A stretch of DNA of 64,000 nucleotides, taken from contig JAWAFI010000001.1 of assembly GCA_038890615.1 (NCBI GenBank), positions 432,843 through 496,842 of the forward strand, read 5' to 3'. How positions within the stretch are numbered: position 1 is the first letter of the stretch; every line of letters begins with the position of its first letter. The notes beneath the pieces were generated by a model, which saw nothing but the letters and a program-made list of their open reading frames with translations, was not told the origin of the DNA and did no database searches. A program made the translations under genes and the position numbers. Source of the DNA: Candidatus Anstonellales archaeon. Its GTDB lineage: Archaea > Micrarchaeota > Micrarchaeia > Anstonellales > J096. Shown here piece by piece: positions 27,687 to 35,403 of this stretch.

Positions 27687-30530
27687 ATGATATTATTAGA
27701 TGTGCCTTTGTGGATATTATGCTCCATAGTAATTTTTGGAATACCAGGGTTCTTAGCAAGCTTTGCTGTAAAGGACTTAGATATTTTGGAAAGGGTTGCT
27801 GCATCTTTCGGATTTGGATTAGTCATAACAGCAGGTGTGGCGCTCCTTATTTCATTCATAATGCCTTATTCGTTCACTTCTGCGCTAATTATGCTTGCAA
27901 TAAGCTACATAATTGGTTTGGTAATAGTATTTAAATTCAAAGAGAATTTATCGCTCAAGTGGTCTTATGCTAGTATAGCAGTGCTTATACTTTTTATAGC
28001 AAACTTTGCAATGAGGGCTGGCTCGTATTCAGCAATATTTGCTGAGCTAGACCCTTATTTTTACCTCTACAGCTCAACCCTTTTGCTTAAGCACGGAGAG
28101 ATGCCTCTGAATGATTTCAGTGCTTGGCAGCCCCATTACACTACAACTAGAAGGGGATTTGAGTTCTACACATACCCTAATACATTGCTTTATTCATTAT
28201 ATACACTAGGAGGAGAATACAATACTTACCTTCTTTCGCTAATAGCATCACTTACCCCTCCTCTTTATGCAGCGCTTTCTGCATTTTTTATTTACTACAT
28301 GCTTTCAAGGCTTTTGAAGGATAGTTGGATAGCCCTTGGTTCTACAATAGTGCTAAGCTTCACTCCTATATTTGTGATGAAGCTGCTTGCAGGTGAGTTT
28401 GAGGTTCAGCCTTATGCTTTCTTCTCGCTAGCAGCATTCCTTGCCTTTTATACAAAGGCTATGTTTGAGAAAGACAGGACAGCATCTTACATTACAGCTA
28501 TTTTCCTTGCAGCAGTATTCCTAGGAACAAACTCTGACATAATTGTTTTTGCTTTTTCAACAGCAATAATGCTTTCTTTGGTTGCGTACAATACTTACTA
28601 TGAAAAAAAGGCTCTTGACTATGTAAAGTTATCGCTCCCTTCTTTTGCAATGCTTTTCCTTTGCAACATTTATACAAGCATTGCAGTTTTGCCAGGCTCA
28701 TTTCCAGAATATGTTGTAGGTGGGTTTTTTGCTTTATGTGTTGCGGCTATATTGCTTTTGCTCAACAAAGAGATAAATGTATCTTTGGGCGAGCTTAATA
28801 ATTATATAGATGAATTTAGAAAATCAAAGACGCATTCTTTAGCCGCACTAGCGCTCATACTCTTCTACATTGTTATGTTCACACCTATTGGAGAATTTTT
28901 CCTAAAACCATTTTTGAGCGGATTCTTTGCAGCCTCATTTAGGATACCTCTTGACAAAACAATACAGGAGCAAGGAGTTGCAGGGGCTTCCTTTGAAGGC
29001 CAGCTTGGCTTCCTAGGGGCATCAGAAAAAGAGTCACCCTTCCTTATAGTGCTTTCTCCTTTTTCAATGATTTTCAACACAGTGTTTTCGTTCCTATTCC
29101 AGCTTATAAACAACGCATATCATTTACAAGCCATATACATTCCAAAGACCTCCCATCTGCTTTTAGCAATACATGTGCTATTCGTGGCTTTTGCAGTATA
29201 CAAGATCATAAAAAAATCAGAGCCAGAGCTAGCTCTTGCTTTTCTTATAATAATTGAGCCTATTTCTTTAGTAGGCATTGTTAAGGCAAAATACACAATC
29301 TACCTAGGTTTCTTCACTTGCATAGCGCTTGCCTATGTTATTAGGGAATTCATTGAAATGCTCAAGAGCTCAAGATATGAGTTGGTGCCATACGCATTCA
29401 TGCTGCTTTTGGCAGCAGCTCAGGTCTTTTCTGTGTCCCCAATAGGGTTTGCTCTCCTTTACGATTCACCAAGCCCAAAGTTTTCTGACAATCCTTCGCT
29501 TTTCAAGGCAAGGTTTGCTGAGTATTGCGCAACTTATGGGGACCAAACGCTTTGCGAGATAGCAGAGGACCCAGTTGCATTTGCAAACAAAGGGCCTACC
29601 TACCACTACAATGCAGACATTTGCAAGCTTTCCCTCCTTGACCCAAAGGAAAATTCAACAGGATACTTTTCTGAGTTAAAAAGAATATCAGCAAGCCTAA
29701 GGTGCTCTGCGCTTGGCTATTATTGGGTTGACTCAATGGAGTGGCTAAAGAACAACACAGAGGAGAATGCAACAATAATTTCTTGGTGGGACTACGGCCA
29801 TTGGGAGAATTACTTTGCTGAAAGGAGGGCAGTTATAAGGAATGACCAAGCCCATCCAGAAATGATTTATGAGGTAGCTTATTACTTCATACATACCCCT
29901 GAAAGCGAGCTCATAGAGTACATGAAGGAGCACCAGTCCAGGTACCTTCTATTGGACCAGGAAATAATTATAGGCGGGAGGTCATTTGGAGGCAAGTACG
30001 GGGCCTTAAATTATTTAGGTTGCGCGCATACAAACGGCACAAATGTCTCATTTGACCCAGGCCAATCAGATTGCGAAAGGGAGCATACATGGGAAGTGGT
30101 CTATATCCCAAAATCAAACCAGCAGTCATGCGATGTTTCTGCAGAGCTAAAAGGAGTTGTAGCGTATACTGTAGCAAAAGGGGCAATGGCCCCAACCTAT
30201 TGCCTTTCAACAACAACCTTGATAACAGGCCAGAAGATAAATGCGCTTTACTATTTGGGCAAGTATGCTTCTGACGGCTCCCTAAAAATACACAAAGGGT
30301 TCCTTGCTCCTTATGCAGAGGACTCAAGCATGGTGGCGTATGCAACTTACTTCACCAAAGACCTTGTATGGTACGATGATGGGGAGATTAAAAGCGGATG
30401 GGAGGACAGGAAGGGCAAATTCTATGACTCAGTGATATACAAGGGCTTCGTGCTAGAAGAGCTGGATGGTTTTGAGCAGGTTTACAAAACCCCAGGAGGG
30501 GAAGTGAAGATATACAGGATAAAAGGATAA
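27687..30530 (+). CDS. aglB: oligosaccharyltransferase AglB (STT3 family)
   Basis: Many TMs, ELDPYF, TIQEQ, ISWWDYGHW; start moved to the ATG downstream of the tRNA and TATA box. Confidence 0.9.
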   Translation: MILLDVPLWILCSIVIFGIPGFLASFAVKDLDILERVAASFGFGLVITAGVALLISFIMPYSFTSALIMLAISYIIGLVIVFKFKENLSLKWSYASIAVLILFIANFAMRAGSYSAIFAELDPYFYLYSSTLLLKHGEMPLNDFSAWQPHYTTTRRGFEFYTYPNTLLYSLYTLGGEYNTYLLSLIASLTPPLYAALSAFFIYYMLSRLLKDSWIALGSTIVLSFTPIFVMKLLAGEFEVQPYAFFSLAAFLAFYTKAMFEKDRTASYITAIFLAAVFLGTNSDIIVFAFSTAIMLSLVAYNTYYEKKALDYVKLSLPSFAMLFLCNIYTSIAVLPGSFPEYVVGGFFALCVAAILLLLNKEINVSLGELNNYIDEFRKSKTHSLAALALILFYIVMFTPIGEFFLKPFLSGFFAASFRIPLDKTIQEQGVAGASFEGQLGFLGASEKESPFLIVLSPFSMIFNTVFSFLFQLINNAYHLQAIYIPKTSHLLLAIHVLFVAFAVYKIIKKSEPELALAFLIIIEPISLVGIVKAKYTIYLGFFTCIALAYVIREFIEMLKSSRYELVPYAFMLLLAAAQVFSVSPIGFALLYDSPSPKFSDNPSLFKARFAEYCATYGDQTLCEIAEDPVAFANKGPTYHYNADICKLSLLDPKENSTGYFSELKRISASLRCSALGYYWVDSMEWLKNNTEENATIISWWDYGHWENYFAERRAVIRNDQAHPEMIYEVAYYFIHTPESELIEYMKEHQSRYLLLDQEIIIGGRSFGGKYGALNYLGCAHTNGTNVSFDPGQSDCEREHTWEVVYIPKSNQQSCDVSAELKGVVAYTVAKGAMAPTYCLSTTTLITGQKINALYYLGKYASDGSLKIHKGFLAPYAEDSSMVAYATYFTKDLVWYDDGEIKSGWEDRKGKFYDSVIYKGFVLEELDGFEQVYKTPGGEVKIYRIKG

Positions 30531-30569
30531 ACTTTTAAACAAAGCAGGCAGAGAATGCTACGTGATGCT

Positions 30570-30725
30570 ATGGGATTAATAGATTGGCTCAAGGAGATTA
30601 TATTTGGCAAAAAAGAGGAAAAAAGCATAAAGCCTGATACAGAAGAAAGGGATGCTTATGCCCCAATGGCCCATGAGGCCGAGGAGCCAAAGAAGAGGCC
30701 CATAAAGAAAAAGAAGAAGAAATGA
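30570..30725 (+). CDS. 51-aa small protein (amphipathic N-terminus, poly-Lys C-terminus), not in the ORF track
   Basis: MGLIDWLKEIIFGKKEEKSIKPDTEERDAYAPMAHEAEEPKKRPIKKKKKK; TTTTAAAC upstream. Confidence 0.65.
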   Translation: MGLIDWLKEIIFGKKEEKSIKPDTEERDAYAPMAHEAEEPKKRPIKKKKKK

Positions 30726-30967
30726 AGCGCGCGGTTGGAGGCCACGCCGAAAGGTGAGGAAGGTCTGCTCAGCCCAAGCAACCTGCCCTGTAATGGGGCT
30801 GGGATGGAACAGAAACGCACCCTTATGCGCAAGATGAAAATGATTGGATATGAGATGCGCACTAGGAGATGAAACGGTCATCCCTGTTGTGATGGGGCTG
30901 CAAGGCTTACAGCCGCTCAGTCGAATGCCTCCTGAAATACAGAAAGCAGCCTAACCTGCGCGCTTCA
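30723..30967 (+). ncRNA. rnpB: RNase P RNA (compact, type-M-like)
   Basis: P1 TGAAGCGCGC/GCGCGCTTCA, P2 GGAGGC/GCCTCC, CR-I GAGGAAGGTCTGCT pairing with CR-V ACAGAAAGCAGCCT (P4 with bulged U), CR-II ACAGAAA, CR-III TGAAACGG. Confidence 0.93.
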
Positions 30968-30969
30968 CT

Positions 30970-32556
30970 TCATTTCAAAGTTTGCAGTATTATTTTCTGA
31001 AGCTCCATTGGGAACCATACCTCAAGCCCTGAAACTGCAAAGTCAAGCTTATCCTCGCTTTCTGCATATATTGTGAAAAGAACATCCCCTTCCTCAACCT
31101 TCTCCCCAACACTTCTGTGCAAGTATATTCCAGCGCCTTTGTCGAAGGGGGCTCCAGCAGCCCTAGCTAGCTTGTTTACGCGCTTGTTGTCTATGTGGCT
31201 TATCTTCCCTGCCTTCTTTGACTTAACTTGATAACTATATCTTCCGATCTTTATATCCTCTGCTTTTATATTGGGGTTCCCTCCTTGCAGCTTTATTATT
31301 TCCCTCATTTTCTCCATTGCCTTTCCTGTCTCCAGCAATTTGAGGGCGTAGCTATAGCCTTTTCCCTCTTCAACCTTTCCAACCATCTCAATTATCTTCC
31401 CTGCCAAGAGGCAACTCTTTGTCTTGAGGTCTTCAGGCCCCCTTCCTTCAAGCACCTCAAGCACATCTATGCACTCAAGCGCAGGCCCTATGCCATTGCC
31501 TACTGGCTGAGAGCCATCTGTTATCACTGCCTCAACCTTCATGCCAAGGCGCTTTCCTATTGATATGAAGTCATTTGCAAGTCGATGCGCCTCTTCAACG
31601 CTGTCTATTTTTGCGCCCCTTCCTACCGGCAAGTCAATAACAACATACTTCGCCCCAACGCTCTTTTTCTTTGCCATTATGCTTGCAAGAAGCATTCCTT
31701 TGGGGTCAAGCGAAAGCGGGTTCCTTATCTTTATTAGCTTGTCATCAGCAGAGGCTATATTTATACCTCCTCCCCATACTATGGCTCCCTTTGAGCTAAG
31801 CACTATCTCCTCTAGCTTTTCTCTGTTGAAGTCAACGTTTGCTAGCACCTCCATGGTGTCTGCAGTTCCTGCTGCTGATGTTATTGAGCGTGAAGAGCTC
31901 TTTGGTATGTATATGCCTGCTGCAGCAACTATAGGCACTAGCACCATAGTAGTCCTGTTCCCTGCCACTCCTCCAATGCAGTGCTTGTCTGCTATTGGCT
32001 CCACGCCGAGCTTTAAGGTTTGGCCTGACTCAACAATGGCGTTTGTCAGGTATACTGATTCATTTTCAGTCATTCCTCTAATATGTACTGCTGTTATAAA
32101 GCTTGCCAGCTCTGCCTCGCTTAGCCTATTAGTCATCAGGTCAGAGATGATCCCCTTCACCTCATTTTCAGTGAGCTCAGCGCCATCTATTTTCTTCTTT
32201 ATGTACTCTATGCTTGCGGGCTTGATTACATGGAAGACTTCTACTACATCTCCTTCTTTTATGCCAAGCGCCTGAGCAACCTCCCTGAATATTCCTATCT
32301 CGCCTCTTTTCACAAGCTCGTTGCTTAAGTCTGCAATCACTACTTCGCTCTTTCCTTTAATTTCAACGAGCACCCTGTAAGATTCAAAGATTTCATGGCT
32401 GTTTGCATCTTCCTTGTTTAGGACAACAACATTTTTTCCAGTGTATAGGTCTATTATCTTTGCCTGCGCAAAGTACCTCTTCTTCTTCCATATCTCCAAC
32501 TTTCTCTTGTCTCTTTCCTGCTCTGATTTGAACTCATGGTTTAAATCAACACTCAT
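30970..32556 (-). CDS. AMP phosphorylase (thymidine phosphorylase family)
   Basis: N-terminal extension, DKHCIGGVAGN, PKSSSRSITSAAGTAD, QPVGNGIGPALE. Confidence 0.93.
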   Translation of the reverse strand: MSVDLNHEFKSEQERDKRKLEIWKKKRYFAQAKIIDLYTGKNVVVLNKEDANSHEIFESYRVLVEIKGKSEVVIADLSNELVKRGEIGIFREVAQALGIKEGDVVEVFHVIKPASIEYIKKKIDGAELTENEVKGIISDLMTNRLSEAELASFITAVHIRGMTENESVYLTNAIVESGQTLKLGVEPIADKHCIGGVAGNRTTMVLVPIVAAAGIYIPKSSSRSITSAAGTADTMEVLANVDFNREKLEEIVLSSKGAIVWGGGINIASADDKLIKIRNPLSLDPKGMLLASIMAKKKSVGAKYVVIDLPVGRGAKIDSVEEAHRLANDFISIGKRLGMKVEAVITDGSQPVGNGIGPALECIDVLEVLEGRGPEDLKTKSCLLAGKIIEMVGKVEEGKGYSYALKLLETGKAMEKMREIIKLQGGNPNIKAEDIKIGRYSYQVKSKKAGKISHIDNKRVNKLARAAGAPFDKGAGIYLHRSVGEKVEEGDVLFTIYAESEDKLDFAVSGLEVWFPMELQKIILQTLK

Positions 32557-33449
32557 AAGAGCACCTCCCTTTTAGCATAACTCATAAATAATTGCGGTGG
32601 TATTAGGCCTGCCTGGGTTATGTAAGCAGAGATGTAGCGGGAAGGAGTAAGGTCAAATGCAGGGTTGTCTATCTTTATACCCTTCTCCTCCCACACCTCT
32701 TTTTTGTCCCTCCTCTCAATATCCTCCTGCTTCCCATATTTTGTTATAGGGTCAAACTTCAGTAGCTCAGCAGCAGAGTAAAAAGGCACCTCAAAGCGCT
32801 CTGCTATTAGCGCTATTGGGTAGGTGCCAATCTTGTTGACTAAAGACCCTGCTGAATTTATGGCATCAGCCCCTACAAGCACAAGGTCTGCCTTGCGAAG
32901 GTAAAGGTGGGCTGCGTTGTCAACAACAAGGGTTGTATGTATGCCTTCTGCTGTAAGCTCCTTGGCTGTAATCCTTCCCTGGAACTTCGGCCTTGTTTCT
33001 GTTGCAACAACCCTGAAGTTTTTACCCTGCCTGTATGCTTCCTTGAATATTGAAGTAACTGTTGAGGAATGGCAATGGGTAAGCACACGGTAGTCCTCTT
33101 CTATCAACGATGCGCCATACTGTGCTATGAGCTCTTTTGAGCGAGCCATGCCCTTTTTCACTTCTTCGTAGTAGCTTGAAACTACAACTTTTGCCCTCTC
33201 TACATTTGCACTCCTCTTCGCGCGCTCAAGAGCATTCCGGAGCACATTCCTTAGCATTGGCTCTGTTGGCCTTAGCTCTGCAACAGCATTGGCAAATTCA
33301 ATTAGCTCGCCAACAAACTGCTCCTTGCCCTTTTTTGAAGATTTTTTGGCAACAATTGAGAGCGCCCTAAGTCCCTCCATAGCCACATTCCTTGCCCCCT
33401 GTATCTCCAAGTCTTTTATCTTCCTAAGTATAAGTTGCTCCTCTTCCAT
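32553..33449 (-). CDS. ribose-1,5-bisphosphate isomerase (eIF2B-like family)
   Basis: IQGARNVA, RPTEP, LTHCHSSTV, TETRP.FQG, NKIGT, NPAFD.TP; adjacent to AMP phosphorylase. Confidence 0.85.
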   Translation of the reverse strand: MEEEQLILRKIKDLEIQGARNVAMEGLRALSIVAKKSSKKGKEQFVGELIEFANAVAELRPTEPMLRNVLRNALERAKRSANVERAKVVVSSYYEEVKKGMARSKELIAQYGASLIEEDYRVLTHCHSSTVTSIFKEAYRQGKNFRVVATETRPKFQGRITAKELTAEGIHTTLVVDNAAHLYLRKADLVLVGADAINSAGSLVNKIGTYPIALIAERFEVPFYSAAELLKFDPITKYGKQEDIERRDKKEVWEEKGIKIDNPAFDLTPSRYISAYITQAGLIPPQLFMSYAKREVLL

Positions 33450-33497
33450 GCCCTTATAAAGAAACCTAATTTTTAAAAGGCATTGTGTAACTCATTT

Positions 33498-34028
33498 ATG
33501 CTTTTTATTACAGGGAACCCAGGAAAAGCAAAGGAAGCGCGCGAGATACTGGGCATAAGAATAGTACAGAAAGACATCGGGTTGCAAGAGATAAGGGCTG
33601 ATAGGGTAGAGGATGTTGCGCAAAGGAAGGCAGAGGATGCCTATTCTATCCTGAAGAAGCCTCTCATAGTGGAGGATTCAGGGCTTTTCATAAAGGCCCT
33701 GAACGGCTTCCCAGGCACTTGCTCTTCATATGTGTTCAAAACTATTGGGATAAAGGGAATACTCAAGCTTATGGAGGGGGTGAAGGACAGGAAGGCTGAG
33801 TTTAGGTGCGCTGTTGGCTATGCAAGCTCAAAGGGGATTAAGGTTTTTGTTGGCACTACAGAAGGCTCTATTGCTCTCCATCCAAAAGGGAAAAATGGGT
33901 TTGGCTTTGACCCTATTTTCATACCTGAAGGCTCCAAAAAAACCTATGCTGAAAGCATAGTTTTAAAAAACCTGAGTTCTCATAGGCATAACGCACTAAA
34001 GCAGCTCGCTTTATATATGAGGGATTAA
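33498..34028 (+). CDS. rdgB: non-canonical purine NTP pyrophosphatase (RdgB/HAM1)
   Basis: ITGNPGK, VEDSGL...LNGFPG, GFGFDPIF, SHR. Confidence 0.93.
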   Translation: MLFITGNPGKAKEAREILGIRIVQKDIGLQEIRADRVEDVAQRKAEDAYSILKKPLIVEDSGLFIKALNGFPGTCSSYVFKTIGIKGILKLMEGVKDRKAEFRCAVGYASSKGIKVFVGTTEGSIALHPKGKNGFGFDPIFIPEGSKKTYAESIVLKNLSSHRHNALKQLALYMRD

Positions 34029-34481
34029 ATGGCAAGAATGCATAGCAAGAAGAAAGGCAAGAGCAGCAGGGGAGTTCCCAAAAGGGCTGTACCTGCAGAG
34101 TGGGCTTTGCCCAAGAAAGAAGTAGAAGCCATAATATTGAAGTTAGCAAAGCAGGGGAAGAGCGCAACCCAAATAGGGCTTGAGCTTAGGGACAAGCATG
34201 GAATCCCTGATGTAAGGACAATCATAGGGATGCGCCTTAGGGCTTTCCTGCAAAAGGAAAATGCAGCGCACCAGATACCTGATGACCTTCTCAAGCTCAT
34301 AGAGAAGGCAGTGAAGATGAGGAAGCACCTTAAGGCGCACAAAGGGGATGTGCACAACAAGTCAAAGCTGATCCGCGCTGAATCAAAGATAAGAAGGCTG
34401 GTTAAATATTACGTAAGGGAGGGAAAGCTCCCTGCAGGATGGAAGTACATTCCTGAAGAGGCAGCACTGCTGGTGAGATAA
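34029..34481 (+). CDS. rps15: ribosomal protein uS15
   Basis: MARMHSKKKGKS, IGLELRD..GIP, ESKIRRLVKYY. Confidence 0.96.
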   Translation: MARMHSKKKGKSSRGVPKRAVPAEWALPKKEVEAIILKLAKQGKSATQIGLELRDKHGIPDVRTIIGMRLRAFLQKENAAHQIPDDLLKLIEKAVKMRKHLKAHKGDVHNKSKLIRAESKIRRLVKYYVREGKLPAGWKYIPEEAALLVR

Positions 34482-35077
34482 TGGCAAAGATGGTTGACAA
34501 ATGGAAGGCAAAGAAGTGGTATTCAGTACATGCGCCAAAATGGTTTTTTGATGGCAAGGAATTCGCTGAATTAATTTCCTCTGACGAGTCAAACATAATT
34601 GGCAGGAAAATAGAGGCAAAGCTTTCTGATTTCATAGGCATGAAGGATGTTTCTGCTGTGTACAAGAGCCTTGTTTTCAGGGTTTCGGAGGTGTCTGCAA
34701 AGGCAGTTGGCACAGAGCTTATAGAGTACTCACTTTCCCCTGCCTATGTAAGGACTCTGGCAAGGAGGAGAAGGAGCCTTTTCTACGAGACAGTTGACGC
34801 TGAAACAAAGGATGGAGTAAAAGTAAGGGTGAAGGTAGTGGCAGTAGGGGGGAGCAGGCTAAGCCAGAACACCAAGAAAAACTTCAGGAACGAGATGCAG
34901 AAGATTATAAAGCAAGAGGTAGCCAAGTTCAGCCTACCTGATTTCGTTGATGAGTTCATAACGGGAAGGTTTTCAGGTGGCATCTACAACCAGCTCAAGA
35001 AGATAGCGCCTATTTTCGCATTTGAGCTCAGGAAGGTAGTTTTCAGCTACAACAAAGCCGAGGAAGGAAAGGATTAG
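34481..35077 (+). CDS. rps3ae: ribosomal protein eS1 (S3Ae)
   Basis: DKWKAKKWYSVHAP, YVRTLARRR, KKIAPI..ELRK. Confidence 0.92.
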   Translation: MAKMVDKWKAKKWYSVHAPKWFFDGKEFAELISSDESNIIGRKIEAKLSDFIGMKDVSAVYKSLVFRVSEVSAKAVGTELIEYSLSPAYVRTLARRRRSLFYETVDAETKDGVKVRVKVVAVGGSRLSQNTKKNFRNEMQKIIKQEVAKFSLPDFVDEFITGRFSGGIYNQLKKIAPIFAFELRKVVFSYNKAEEGKD

Positions 35078-35392
35078 ATGTTCGACCCCCGCTCAATGCA
35101 GAAGATGATGAAGCAAATGGGCATAAAGTCAGAACAGGTAGAAGCAGAGAGGGTAGTAATAGAGTGCAAGGATGAGAATATAGTAATAGAAAAGCCCTCA
35201 GTGGTGCAGATTAGCGCCCAGGGCCAGGAATTCTTCCAGGTAAGCGGGTCTATTAAGAAAGAAGCAAAGGTGAACGAAGAGGATGTAAAGCTGGTAATGG
35301 AAAAGGCAGGTGTTGATAGGGAAAAGGCAATCGAGGCGCTTTCAAACTCAGGAAGCATAGCAGAAGCCATAATCCTTTTAAAGCAATCCTGA
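35078..35392 (+). CDS. nac: nascent polypeptide-associated complex protein
   Basis: DPRSMQKMMKQMGI, C-terminal UBA-like EEDVKLVMEKAGV. Confidence 0.92.
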   Translation: MFDPRSMQKMMKQMGIKSEQVEAERVVIECKDENIVIEKPSVVQISAQGQEFFQVSGSIKKEAKVNEEDVKLVMEKAGVDREKAIEALSNSGSIAEAIILLKQS

Positions 35393-35403
35393 ATAAGCCA
35401 TTC

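Noticed and set aside
30576..30881. Minus-strand ORFs of 101 and 68 aa
   Set aside because: They are antisense to RNase P RNA and the 51-aa ORF and have no protein-like features.
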